DNA of 64,000 bases from contig OY759353.1 of assembly GCA_963662315.1 (NCBI GenBank), forward strand, positions 2,336,001 to 2,400,000, written 5' to 3'. How positions within the stretch are numbered: position 1 is the stretch's first letter; each line of letters begins with the position of its first letter. Position numbers and translations under genes: made by a program. Below, one piece after another: positions 1 to 10,539 of this stretch. The notes under the pieces are model-generated. The model worked only from the letters and a program-made list of their open reading frames with translations. It did not search any database and was not told the DNA's origin. Source of the DNA: Geopsychrobacteraceae bacterium (GTDB lineage: Bacteria > Desulfobacterota > Desulfuromonadia > Desulfuromonadales > Geopsychrobacteraceae).

Positions 1-3000
1 CTAGATAGATGATGTCCTGACCATCTCCCAGGTTAAAGACAAAGGTATCGTCACCAACACCACCATACAGCTCATCATTACCAGCACCACCGACAAGCTT
101 ATCGGCACCATCATGCCCAAACAGAACATCGTCTCCTTCTAACCCCAAAAGTAATTCGTTATCTGCCCCTCCAACCAATGAATCGTCCATATCAGTACCG
201 GCAATGGTTAGCTCACAGCGTATGAACAATTCTTCAGCAGTAAGGGTCATACCATCAACAAACTGAAAGCGATCTGTCCGCAAAAAGTCATGATTTTGAA
301 TATACCAATTTTTAAACGTAACCTGATCTCCACCGTTTCCAACTTTAACAATCAAATTGTCGCCATCTTTAGAGATAGTTAAGGCGGCTAAATCTATCCC
401 CGCTCCAAACAGCAACGTGTCAATGCCATCGATGTCATCAAGATAAATGGTGTCTTGACCATCACCAAGATTGAACACATAGGTATCGTTTCCATTACCT
501 CCGTACAAGAAATCAGAGCCAGCTCCCCCGTTAAGATAATCGTTCCCTTCACCACCAAACAGGGTGTCATCCCCATCTAGGCCATACAGTTGGTCGTCAC
601 CGGACATACCGCGGATCATGTTTTCACTAGCATTGCCATGTATTTCTTCATCCGCATCAGTTCCTGTAATGAAAGTGTAATCATCTGGAACATCAACAAC
701 ATTGGGCGAATAATTAAAAAGATCGTTGATTTCCGCTGCCGTTATGATGCGTTCACCAACTATTTCGACCGAACTTAGTTGATAAGCACTGCCAAGAAAC
801 CAATTGTTAATAACAACCTGGTGAAGTTCGGATCCAGTCTGTAACTCTTTAATAATCAGATCATCCCCTGATCGCAAATAACTCAAAGAGGTGGGTGGAA
901 TGTTCGTTATAAGCAGGGTATCGATTCCACCACCACTGGCATCAATCGTATCGACTCCATTATGCGAATTGTAGACATAGATATCGTTTCCTGCCCCACC
1001 AATCAACGTATCATTACCTATGCCACCAATCAGGGTATCATCACCACCTAGTCCATACAGGACATTGTCATCATTACTGCCTTCAAGGACATTATTCAGA
1101 TTGTTTCCGATGGCATTAGACCCATTGTACTGTTTCAAGTTTTCTACGTTTTCAGGCAGAACATAGTCACCATAATAATATGAAATAATCTGGTCCGTAC
1201 CGGAATCTGCTGCTTCAATAATGACATCATCATTACTGTCTACATAATAAATGTCATCTCCAACTCCTCCAGCCAAGAGATTGGCTCCACTTCCTCCATG
1301 TAAATAATCATTTCCCTCCCCCCCAAAGAGAGCATCATCACCACTTTCCCCCATTAGCTTATTATCTTTATCGTTTCCAGATAAAGTGTCAGAAAAGTCA
1401 CTTCCCCAAACATTTTCCACACTAACTAGGGTATCCCCTTCAGCATTTCCTCCTAGCCCAACACCTGTACTTAAATCGACCTGCACCCCTGACGGAGAGT
1501 TGCGGTACAAAACAGTATCTATCCCAACACCACCATCAAGAATGTCTGCTGAATCTCCACCCGTGAGAATGTCATTTCCTCCCTGCCCACGTAGGTGATG
1601 AGAAGAACCTGTGGTTTGTAAGCTATCATCCCCTTCCGTCCCGTAGATAACACCGCCAGTCAAAGACAATATGGTGTCATAATCCCAGGTGGTACCATCT
1701 GCGAACTCAATTTTCTCTACAGCAAAGGTATCTTCGGTATAATAGGTTTTATTTTGTTTTGCATCGTGATAGACACTAAGATACCCCCCTGCCCAGCAGG
1801 ATATGGTAATCTTATCTCTCTCATCAGGCAGACTAATGACAAGAGCAGTGTCAATCATTGACAGTCTAACGTCGTCGGGCGTGATCCCTTCTGAAAATTT
1901 CAGAACATCGGATCCATAAAAATCAAATATCCGATCAGTTCCATCCCCTAAAGAATACTCATAAGTGGTATCACCAAAACTACCACTGATATCATCATCG
2001 CCAGGACCACCAATAATAGTGACATCTGAGTCATCCCCAAAAAGGCCACGATTTAGCCGGTTATACAAAAACTCATCATTCCCATTCCCACCTAGCAGAG
2101 TATCGTCGCCACCAGACCAATTAAGGGTGTCATTACCTTCGCCACCATCCAGAACGTCGTCATACACCCCTGCGGTAAGGGTGTCATCTCCATCTAAGCC
2201 AAAGAGAAGATTATCTTTTGATGCATCTCCTTCAAGCTCATCATCCTCGCTACTACCAATAGTACTTGCAGTAAATAATTCTTTAATTTTTTGCTGATCC
2301 CAACTGGTTCCATCAGCAAATTCAAAATTTTCAATAGTTCTTAAGTTGTCAAAATATTTTTCGATAAGGACTTGGTCACCATTAGAGCCTATCCGGAGTA
2401 ACAATGAATCCGTACCACTGCGACAAACATCTACATCTGCAGGAGTTATCCCTTCAGCAAAAAATAACGTATCGTTATCGCCCCAAACATCATAAATAGT
2501 ATCTTGCCCCAGGTCAGGACCGATAACATATGTATCATCACCCCATTGGCCTTCTAAACGGTCGTCGCCCTCATTTCCAGACAGAGAATCATTCCCCTCA
2601 CCACCATAAAGACGATCATTACCCTGCCCGCCATTAAGGGTATCGTCGCCATCTTCACCATATAGAGTATCGTCACCATCCCCACCACTGAGATCATCAT
2701 TACCGTTTCTACCATCAATCGTATCATCACCGCCTAAACCATGAATGTTATCGTCCCCGTTAGTACCAGTTAGATCATCATCGGCATTGGTTGGCATATT
2801 GGCTTTTGCCATCAAAGTATTAAAGTCCCAGACCGTTCCATCGACAAACTGAACTTGTCCAACACTATTTTCTAAGTGAGAAAAAAGCTGTGTTATCGTC
2901 AATTGATCATCTGTCCCTGCAACCGTTATAACTAGGTCACGTCCATCATCTAAACCACGGCTGAACTCTAAACTGTCAGGAGTAATTTCTTCCCCGAAAG

Positions 3001-6000
3001 AAATTACATTGCTTCCTTCATAATCAAAAATACGATCCTGACCAAATCCTTTTTCAAAATAGTATGTGTCATTCCCTGTTCCCCCACTTAAAGTGTCGTC
3101 ACCATCCCCACCATTTAAAATGTCGTCTCCTTCTCCCCCGTTAAGGGAATCTGCACCTTCATTGCCATATAGTTGATCGTTACCTTTAATTCCAAAAAGC
3201 ACATCGTCACCAGCGCTACCTTGGACATTATCGTGACCATATGTGCCAACTAGAAAGTCATCTCCAACGGTTGGAGTATTTGCTTTTGACTCAAGGGTAT
3301 TAAAATCCCAGACCGTCCCATCCGCAAATTCAACTTGATCAACCCGACATCTGTCAACGAGCCATAGAAACTCTGGGTCAGTCAAGTCACAAAACACATT
3401 CTCAATAGTCAACAGGTCTAACGTATCAGTTATTCCTATTAAAAGGTTGTTTGTATTACGTCTGATCGTCACATCTCCTGGCGCTATATCGGCACCAAAA
3501 ATAATGGTAACGCCACCATCCGGATCAATGATTCGATCCTGTCCAAACCCTTTTTCAAAATAGTATGAATCGTCCCCTTCCTTCCCCATAAGCAGGTCAT
3601 TACCGGCTCCTCCATATAGATGGTCATCCCCATCGTCGCCATACAGATGATCATTACCGCTCCCACCATACAGATGATCATTACCAGCGCCGCCGTACAG
3701 GGAGTCATCACCAACTCTTCCAAAAAGAGCATCATCACCCTCATCGCCATAAAGGTGATCATCCACATCGATACCTATAGCAACATAAAAACTTGCAGAG
3801 GATTCTGCGGTGGAGCCATCAATCCCGGTACTTTTTGCGGTAATACTTAACTCAATATTTCCAGAAAAATCAGCGGGGGGAATCAAGGTCAGAGCACTAA
3901 GATCTTCGGCAGTCAATGTCCAACTACCATCACCATTATCAGCGCCAGCAGATAACGTAGCGCCTTCGGGGAGTCCAGAAATAATAAGAGATAAAGACTC
4001 TGTACCATCATCATCGATTAGGGAAGATTCTATCTGTAAAGGAATGACTTTATTCGGATCACTAACGATGTCAGTAACCTCAACATAAGGGGCATCAGCA
4101 TATCCCTGCAACGAAACATTTAATACCGATGAGACCTCATTAATATCACCATTATTTTCAGTGCTTCGGGCAATAACTGTTAAGCTAAATTCTTTTTTTG
4201 AAGCACTGATCATAAGACCAGGCAAATCATCAGAATGTAATATCCAGGAACCATCGTATGATTTATTACCGGCCGAAAACACTGTCCCATCAGGCACATC
4301 GGAAATGATGATCTGCAATGTTTCCGATCCATCGTTGTCGCTCAGAGCCGCTTCAATGTTAATGGGAACAGCTGCAGCTATTCGGCCAGATACATCAGCA
4401 ACAGTCAATATAGGCTTATCTGCTAAACCATTTACTTCCACATGAATATTTTTAATAAGTTGTGCGACAGAGTTATCGCTTTCAACACTTTCTGCTGTAA
4501 CAACGAGATCAATGTTTTCATCAGAGTTTTTAGCTGGTGTAATAGTTAAATTACTCAATTGATTCCGAGACAAACGCCACCTGCCATTGCCAAGATACGT
4601 GCCAGCGGACAACGTAGCGCCATTGGGTACCCCTGCAATAGTGACCTTTAATGTTTCTGACCCATCGTCATCCATAAGGCGAGAGCTAATATTTAAAGCA
4701 ATAGCAGAATCTTCTGTACCATCCGTATCGCCGACACTTAATTCTGGAGAATCAGCAACTGGAAGCACGTTTATTTTAACGGTATTTTCTATCTCGCGGC
4801 CTAACTCATCGATTATCCGGTAATTCACTTCCGCCATACCAGAAAAATTCTCGTTAGGAGTAAATTGATACGATTCGCTATCAATAGCAACAAAAGAGCC
4901 GTTGTCTATGGTGTTGCTTACTTCAATCTGTAACTCATTCCATGGATCAACCGAAACATTAGCCAACAATTCATCAACGGTTAAAACAATTGCCGTGTCT
5001 TCCTTTGTTTCGCAATTGATCGCGTCATCAGCGACAAAAGGTTGATTCAACGCTATTGTCTGGTCAGCAAATTGCAGATATTCAACTTCATAAATGATGT
5101 CAGTGCCTTCATTCTCACGACTTACTAGCAGCTCTGTTGGTGATTGATTAATGTAACTGATCTCATAATCACTCAGGTTCCCGGCATAAATAGCAGTATC
5201 AGTTCCACTGCCACCAAACAGAACATCATTTCCTGTCCCTCCTGTCAGAGAGTCATCCCCTTCGTCACCATGCAAAAGATCGCCCCCATTACCGCCAAAC
5301 AAATCATCATTACCAATGCCCCCCCAAAGGGAATCAGAATCCTCCTCCCCGTATAAAATATCGTTACCTGCTCCACCTTCAAGCCAATCGCGCCCGTCCC
5401 CTCCATAAAGGAAATCACTCGCTGAAAAAGTTTCATCTTCAGAAATATCAAAATTTTCAAGAGAATATCCATCAGCGTAGCCCACATCAGTATATGTTAA
5501 ATTGAGCTTAAAACTATCTACGTTACTAGTAGAAACCCAAGCTCCGCCAGAAAAGTATCCATCACCAAACAGTGCATCATCGCCAACCCCTCCCCTTAGA
5601 ACATCGCTAGCACCTCCACCGACAATGACATCATTGCCATTTTCTCCCAAGAGAGTATCTTCTCCTCTTTGGCCTGCAATCAAATCACTATCTTCTCCAC
5701 CAAAGATATAATCTTCCCCGCCACTTCCGACTAGATAGTCATTACCCTTTCCGCCGATAATCAAATCACCCTCAAGGTCTCCTGACATCTGAATACCGCT
5801 ATCATTCCAAGTGGCTATATTCCCGCAAATTACATCACTACCATCCCCTCCATCTATGCGGTCATGTTTTTGAAATCCAACAAGGAAATCATTAGAGCCT
5901 TTCCCTTTAATATCCAGACTTGGGGCAACGGCTGGCAAAGGTGAAGTAAAAATATAGGGATCTTCATCGTCTTGACTACCCCCAGAACCATCTGACCAAC

Positions 6001-8140
6001 TGCCGCCACTGCCTGTATCTTCTTCGACGGTATAAAACTGGAACTCTGTTGCAAAATAATCTAAACCGGCTTCTTCACTATCCTCAGTACCAATCAATGT
6101 CCAATCAAAAGTTTTTTCTGAGTCGGTGAATTCATCTAAGGACAGGCCAAAATCCCCTGAAGCAAAATTTCTAATTGAAAAACTAATATCCTTACTGAGG
6201 TCATAAACTGTTAAGGTATTGTTACTGGCATCTAAAGAAGCGAAATATTCGCCACTTTTATAGAGAGAGAAATTTTCACTGATTTGAGTCAAGGTTAAAG
6301 AGGGGAGTTGTTCTCCAGCTAGCCAAATAGATCCTTGATGATCTGAGTCATCAATTATATCTCCGTCACCAATGTGGTACTCATCGTTACCAACACCACC
6401 AGCAAGAATATCGATTGCGTTATCTTCTTCAATCTTTTTAGAACTACCATAAATGATATCGTCCCGTTCACTTCCAGAAAGAGTATCGCGTCCGCCTTCC
6501 CCCTCAATTCGCTCAATATTTTTTATCTCCGTACCCGACAAATCAATCGTATCGGCACCATCAGTACCAGCTATAGAGTCATTACCATCACCACCATCGA
6601 TAATTTCTATAGAATTTGCAGCAGAGAATTCATGGACACGGATGGTGTCATTACCAGAGCTGCCAAGGATCTTATCTTCATCTCCGTCCCCACCATCAAA
6701 CGTATCGAAATCAACATCGGTACCTTGAATATAGAAGGTATCATTGCCATCTCCCCCTATCAGGGTATCCTGTCCCTCGCCCCCTTCGAGCCAGTCATCG
6801 CCGCCAAAACCGTTCAGAGTGTCATTGCCGCCCATGCCATAGAGGTGATCTTCTCGATTGCTGGATTCGAATAAACCTTCAGTATCCGAATTTGTTCCGG
6901 ACAAAGTATCAGAGATCTCAGAGCCAAATACGATGCGCCCCTTGCAGGGGGCATGTATGGTATTTTTGATTTCAAAGTCCTCATCAATCCAATGTTTTAC
7001 CGTTGTATATACAGGATCCAAAATTTGCTGAATTTTTATGTACAGCATGTCTGCACGATCTTTCAGATAGCTGTCGCTGTAATCAGCTAGGTGCAGCTCC
7101 TCATGCTCAGCTACCTGTTCCATCAACACATAAGGCTGTAATGCAACCAAAGCGTACAAGGCTGTGCTGTCTCCAGATTTAGCCCATGACACCATGTCGG
7201 CAGCTTTTGCGTGGAAATAATTAATGACCGTATCGCTCGTACCATCTTTCCATTTCACATTGAACCCCGTCGTAAATTTGTCGAGTAAGCGAAACAGAAT
7301 ATCCTCACTAATCTGGTTCCGATTGAATTTGAAAATATTATCCTGATTTCTATTATCATATTCTACGGTGAGTTCAGATTCTTTAGCATTTAATATCCAG
7401 TGGTCATATTCCGCAAGGGTCTTGAAATCCTCGGAACCAAACCATCCCGTTACATACTGCTGCAAAGACTCATGCGACCAATATTCGTCGACATAAGAAG
7501 CATGATCCAGGCGTGTAACGACACTATAGGTATCTGTCTTTGAATCATATGACTGGGATTTTTCGGGGGAGACATAGTAGTCGTATCCTTGCACTGCGTC
7601 GTAGACAAGGGGTGCCGCAACCAGGCCGACAATCACAAAGGTTCCTGCCGCAGCAGTGGCTCCTGTCACACCGATTGCAGCAAGACCACTAGAAATGGCA
7701 GCAGACACTCCAAAACCAGTAGCAACAGTTTCTGTTACAGCTGCAGCAACAAAGGCTTTACCAAAAGCGTAGCCCCATTGCTCCCCCCCCCACGTAACCT
7801 CTGCAAAAGCGGAAAAGGGTATGGTTATGACGTTGCCTGTAGATGTATTCGAGATAATCTTGAGGGCCTTAACCGGCATTGCCCCCATTCCACCGCTAAA
7901 ACTTGCCGGCAGAATCTCATAGATATCGTCTGCTACTGCCACAGCTAAGCCTGCAGCATATTTGTAAACATCCCCCTCGGTATAAGGAATTCCTGCTTTA
8001 TCTAACGCCTCTTTCATACCCGTAGCAATATCGGCCACAAGTTGCGTATTGTTGTCCTTAATCTGGGTATAAGAACCCTCCGGAGTTATAATCGGTGAAT
8101 CATCGTTATATATTCTTCTTGATCCTAAATCAGTGGCCAT
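1..8140 (-). CDS. Giant RTX (hemolysin-type Ca2+-binding) T1SS substrate, 3' end outside the window, at least 2713 aa
   Basis: Partly hand-translated. ATG at 8140 follows a GAGGAGG RBS (MATDLGSRRIYNDDSP...). The same frame is in use at position 1 (...VGDDTFVFNLGDGQDIIYL), and the ORF track lists no ORF in this frame, consistent with no internal stop. Many GGxGxDxL nonapeptides, HCBP-related 'VEFADGTVWD' modules, and Ig/cadherin-like repeats at ~3780-5050. Confidence 0.93.
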   Translation of the reverse strand, partial: MATDLGSRRIYNDDSPIITPEGSYTQIKDNNTQLVADIATGMKEALDKAGIPYTEGDVYKYAAGLAVAVADDIYEILPASFSGGMGAMPVKALKIISNTSTGNVITIPFSAFAEVTWGGEQWGYAFGKAFVAAAVTETVATGFGVSAAISSGLAAIGVTGATAAAGTFVIVGLVAAPLVYDAVQGYDYYVSPEKSQSYDSKTDTYSVVTRLDHASYVDEYWSHESLQQYVTGWFGSEDFKTLAEYDHWILNAKESELTVEYDNRNQDNIFKFNRNQISEDILFRLLDKFTTGFNVKWKDGTSDTVINYFHAKAADMVSWAKSGDSTALYALVALQPYVLMEQVAEHEELHLADYSDSYLKDRADMLYIKIQQILDPVYTTVKHWIDEDFEIKNTIHAPCKGRIVFGSEISDTLSGTNSDTEGLFESSNREDHLYGMGGNDTLNGFGGDDWLEGGEGQDTLIGGDGNDTFYIQGTDVDFDTFDGGDGDEDKILGSSGNDTIRVHEFSAANSIEIIDGGDGNDSIAGTDGADTIDLSGTEIKNIERIEGEGGRDTLSGSERDDIIYGSSKKIEEDNAIDILAGGVGNDEYHIGDGDIIDDSDHQGSIWLAGEQLPSLTLTQISENFSLYKSGEYFASLDASNNTLTVYDLSKDISFSIRNFASGDFGLSLDEFTDSEKTFDWTLIGTEDSEEAGLDYFATEFQFYTVEEDTGSGGSWSDGSGGSQDDEDPYIFTSPLPAVAPSLDIKGKGSNDFLVGFQKHDRIDGGDGSDVICGNIATWNDSGIQMSGDLEGDLIIGGKGNDYLVGSGGEDYIFGGEDSDLIAGQRGEDTLLGENGNDVIVGGGASDVLRGGVGDDALFGDGYFSGGAWVSTSNVDSFKLNLTYTDVGYADGYSLENFDISEDETFSASDFLYGGDGRDWLEGGAGNDILYGEEDSDSLWGGIGNDDLFGGNGGDLLHGDEGDDSLTGGTGNDVLFGGSGTDTAIYAGNLSDYEISYINQSPTELLVSRENEGTDIIYEVEYLQFADQTIALNQPFVADDAINCETKEDTAIVLTVDELLANVSVDPWNELQIEVSNTIDNGSFVAIDSESYQFTPNENFSGMAEVNYRIIDELGREIENTVKINVLPVADSPELSVGDTDGTEDSAIALNISSRLMDDDGSETLKVTIAGVPNGATLSAGTYLGNGRWRLSRNQLSNLTITPAKNSDENIDLVVTAESVESDNSVAQLIKNIHVEVNGLADKPILTVADVSGRIAAAVPINIEAALSDNDGSETLQIIISDVPDGTVFSAGNKSYDGSWILHSDDLPGLMISASKKEFSLTVIARSTENNGDINEVSSVLNVSLQGYADAPYVEVTDIVSDPNKVIPLQIESSLIDDDGTESLSLIISGLPEGATLSAGADNGDGSWTLTAEDLSALTLIPPADFSGNIELSITAKSTGIDGSTAESSASFYVAIGIDVDDHLYGDEGDDALFGRVGDDSLYGGAGNDHLYGGSGNDHLYGDDGDDHLYGGAGNDLLMGKEGDDSYYFEKGFGQDRIIDPDGGVTIIFGADIAPGDVTIRRNTNNLLIGITDTLDLLTIENVFCDLTDPEFLWLVDRCRVDQVEFADGTVWDFNTLESKANTPTVGDDFLVGTYGHDNVQGSAGDDVLFGIKGNDQLYGNEGADSLNGGEGDDILNGGDGDDTLSGGTGNDTYYFEKGFGQDRIFDYEGSNVISFGEEITPDSLEFSRGLDDGRDLVITVAGTDDQLTITQLFSHLENSVGQVQFVDGTVWDFNTLMAKANMPTNADDDLTGTNGDDNIHGLGGDDTIDGRNGNDDLSGGDGDDTLYGEDGDDTLNGGQGNDRLYGGEGNDSLSGNEGDDRLEGQWGDDTYVIGPDLGQDTIYDVWGDNDTLFFAEGITPADVDVCRSGTDSLLLRIGSNGDQVLIEKYFDNLRTIENFEFADGTSWDQQKIKELFTASTIGSSEDDELEGDASKDNLLFGLDGDDTLTAGVYDDVLDGGEGNDTLNWSGGDDTLLGGNGNDEFLYNRLNRGLFGDDSDVTIIGGPGDDDISGSFGDTTYEYSLGDGTDRIFDFYGSDVLKFSEGITPDDVRLSMIDTALVISLPDERDKITISCWAGGYLSVYHDAKQNKTYYTEDTFAVEKIEFADGTTWDYDTILSLTGGVIYGTEGDDSLQTTGSSHHLRGQGGNDILTGGDSADILDGGVGIDTVLYRNSPSGVQVDLSTGVGLGGNAEGDTLVSVENVWGSDFSDTLSGNDKDNKLMGESGDDALFGGEGNDYLHGGSGANLLAGGVGDDIYYVDSNDDVIIEAADSGTDQIISYYYGDYVLPENVENLKQYNGSNAIGNNLNNVLEGSNDDNVLYGLGGDDTLIGGIGNDTLIGGAGNDIYVYNSHNGVDTIDASGGGIDTLLITNIPPTSLSYLRSGDDLIIKELQTGSELHQVVINNWFLGSAYQLSSVEIVGERIITAAEINDLFNYSPNVVDVPDDYTFITGTDADEEIHGNASENMIRGMSGDDQLYGLDGDDTLFGGEGNDYLNGGAGSDFLYGGNGNDTYVFNLGDGQDTIYLDDIDGIDTLLFGAGIDLAALTISKDGDNLIVKVGNGGDQVTFKNWYIQNHDFLRTDRFQFVDGMTLTAEELFIRCELTIAGTDMDDSLVGGADNELLLGLEGDDVLFGHDGADKLVGGAGNDELYGGVGDDTFVFNLGDGQDIIYL

Positions 8141-9380
8141 CAAACCCCTCCTCTAATAAATCAATCTCATTGTGAAAACCGCTTTTCAGACTTTCAACTA
8201 ACCTTTTTTTCATCCATTTTTTATCTCTATACTCATAAAAACGCTCCTCTCCCGGAACCTCAATCGCACAGTAATGATTAAGCATATATTTACTGAAGCT
8301 GACCGATTCGGCATCGATCGCCATGGTGTAGAACAGCTCTGCTTGTTTGGGATCCTGCTTATAGAGGGTGCCCCAGACATAATCGTCCGCCTCGGGATTG
8401 GTAAAATCTCGCCGTGCTCGGAGAAAATCGGCAATGCGCGAATGTTGACAGCTAAATTCTTTCGGATACAGTGATGCCGTCAGTAATTCACTGCTGGTAT
8501 GGATAACCAGCAGCTGGCGAGTCAATTCGATCTTTGGGTTCGAGCGCTTGATCTCATCGTAGATGCCACCAGCGATCCAGTGTTGGCGCAATGCCACCAA
8601 CCAGCGGTTCATCTTTTCTTCTTTCCTGACAAACTCCACATCGTGCAACAACGGCCAGTAGGAGCCAATTTCTTTATCAGCGTAATAACCCCAATTAAGG
8701 GAATAGTAGAAGGCTGCCCGCGGCAGTTTTTTGGAGGCTTCCTGCTCTATTTGCCCATCGGCAAAGGGGTGGGTCGCCACTATCTCGATCGTGGCGTAAA
8801 TGTCATCCAGCAACTGGCGCATGGGCAGGGATGCCCGCCGATGACTGGTGCCGTACGGGTTATGCATGCGCCTGATATAGGGATAGTGAAACCACATATC
8901 CTTCCAGGCTGCGTGTTCTCCATCATTCTCAGGGAGCAGGGCGGTACCGCGCGCATAAATGGAGCGCTGCAAGGCGTTTAAAGGCATCAACAGGCGATTT
9001 TCCGGATTGAATATTTCACACAGACCGATCCGTACCAAAGCTAAGGGTTGACCGGCGATGTAGTACTCCTTGGCCGCATAGTTGGCATTATTATCCCCCA
9101 TCCAGGTCAGGCGTTGATGCAGATAGAAGCCACCCATCAACAGTACGATCAGCCCCAATCCCACCACAAAGCGGCGACGCTTTTCAGGTGTCACAAACCA
9201 CAACAAAGGCCAGGGCTGCCTGACCTGCTTATTGATTATCCTTTTTACCCGCTCCCGTAATCGCTGAAGAATCGGCAGCAGCAGACACAAGCACAGGTAA
9301 TAGCCACAGACCAGCAGCATGGATAAGAGCAGATAAAACAGTCCGGCAAAAATATGCAGTCCACCAATGTGCATCAGCAA
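8130..9380 (-). CDS. Hypothetical membrane-anchored protein (N-terminal TM helices, large soluble domain), overlapping the RTX gene start
   Basis: 416-aa ORF with two hydrophobic N-terminal segments. Its stop codon overlaps the RTX start by 11 nt. Confidence 0.85.
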   Translation of the reverse strand: MLMHIGGLHIFAGLFYLLLSMLLVCGYYLCLCLLLPILQRLRERVKRIINKQVRQPWPLLWFVTPEKRRRFVVGLGLIVLLMGGFYLHQRLTWMGDNNANYAAKEYYIAGQPLALVRIGLCEIFNPENRLLMPLNALQRSIYARGTALLPENDGEHAAWKDMWFHYPYIRRMHNPYGTSHRRASLPMRQLLDDIYATIEIVATHPFADGQIEQEASKKLPRAAFYYSLNWGYYADKEIGSYWPLLHDVEFVRKEEKMNRWLVALRQHWIAGGIYDEIKRSNPKIELTRQLLVIHTSSELLTASLYPKEFSCQHSRIADFLRARRDFTNPEADDYVWGTLYKQDPKQAELFYTMAIDAESVSFSKYMLNHYCAIEVPGEERFYEYRDKKWMKKRLVESLKSGFHNEIDLLEEGFDGH

Positions 9381-9921
9381 TAACCCTTCTCAAACAAAAA
9401 CAGCCCGCCTCCGATCAACAGGACTCTCCCTGCCACCGAAAACGAGCCGTTATTATTCACATATCTTCCCACGGGTCCCCCTCCCGGAATCATTCAAAAC
9501 AGATCAGTCAATACAATATAAACATCACACAGTTAGCGTAGTATTTATCATTCCTATGCGCCCGAAAAATTATTCTAATATATCAAGCAAATCAAGCAGA
9601 ATAGAAATGGTGCCATCTTTTCATTTCCCTCTTTTCTTCTGATTTATGTCCTCACCTCAGATGAAAATGAATAGACTATACTGCCTATGTCTGACAAAAA
9701 TCATATCTGTTGGAAATAATCGCCAAGGATGTTTCTAATGGCATGTTTCAGCGGACTTTCGCAGGTTTTTCCGAGCATCTCTGGTCATTGTTGATGTCCC
9801 CCTCTCTGCTAGATCAGTTAAGGCAGCTCCATTTTATTAAATATGTAGAAGCGCCCCCTATGCTCTCCGCGGTTTTCCAAGAACTGGGCTGTAAGTATCG
9901 GTTGAAGTCAGACAACAGAAA

Positions 9922-9949
9922 GCCCCGTTATTAGTAATAATAACGGGGC
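9922..9949 (-). terminator. Intrinsic terminator-like hairpin downstream of the AT-rich lipoprotein gene
   Basis: GCCCCGTTATTA-GTAA-TAATAACGGGGC perfect 12-bp stem, with a short T-run on the minus strand. Confidence 0.65.
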
Positions 9950-9981
9950 CTGACCTTAAACAATAATAGGGTGCTACAGAA

Positions 9982-10539
9982 TCAGTCGTTCACTGTAACA
10001 TTTTGAGCACAGATAATTTTCATATCATGAATAAACTTATCAACACTTTCTTTATTTTTTTTCTTAAATTCATCAACAGAAGAAACATAGCCAAGTTGTT
10101 TATATGTAATTATTTTTACTATTTCAGAAAATCCGGAATACCTAAAAGAAATACCCCTTAGATAAGAAATAAGATTTTCCTCATAAAAATCTACTGTACA
10201 AAAATTATTTTTATCTTCATCAAAATAAATATTTTCATTAAATTGAGAGCTATCAGTTCCAGTGAATCCGTAGCTACCATGGAAAATTTTATCTTTTATC
10301 AAGAGAATAGTTATCTTATTATCTTCAGAATAAAGATTCCTGCTAACACTTGAATAGACATCATTAAAATCAAAATCTTGGCCGACATACTTTACTGAGA
10401 ATGGAAACTTTATCTTGAGTCTTGGGAAGTCCGAATCTGTATAGGTATTATCATTAAGCGTCGGTTCTTTTATCTTAAGAGCCGAACACGAGCTTAACAA
10501 TAACAGCAATAATATAATCAAATAATGACAAATTTTCAT
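9982..10539 (-). CDS. Hypothetical lipoprotein (very AT-rich)
   Basis: 185 aa; lipobox LLSSC after a hydrophobic signal; AGGGG RBS upstream. Confidence 0.8.
   Translation of the reverse strand: MKICHYLIILLLLLLSSCSALKIKEPTLNDNTYTDSDFPRLKIKFPFSVKYVGQDFDFNDVYSSVSRNLYSEDNKITILLIKDKIFHGSYGFTGTDSSQFNENIYFDEDKNNFCTVDFYEENLISYLRGISFRYSGFSEIVKIITYKQLGYVSSVDEFKKKNKESVDKFIHDMKIICAQNVTVND

Noticed and set aside
3590..3750. 27-nt tandem nucleotide repeats
   Set aside because: They simply encode RTX GGxGxDxLx nonapeptides.
394..7948. Many short ORFs on both strands listed over the first 8 kb
   Set aside because: Shadow or alternate-frame ORFs of the single giant RTX gene.
9737..9810. Minus-strand GAGGGGG followed by a 17-codon ORF (MTRDARKNLRKSAETCH), and the 74-aa plus-strand ORF 9710-9934
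   Set aside because: Too short, no recognisable motif and no independent support.
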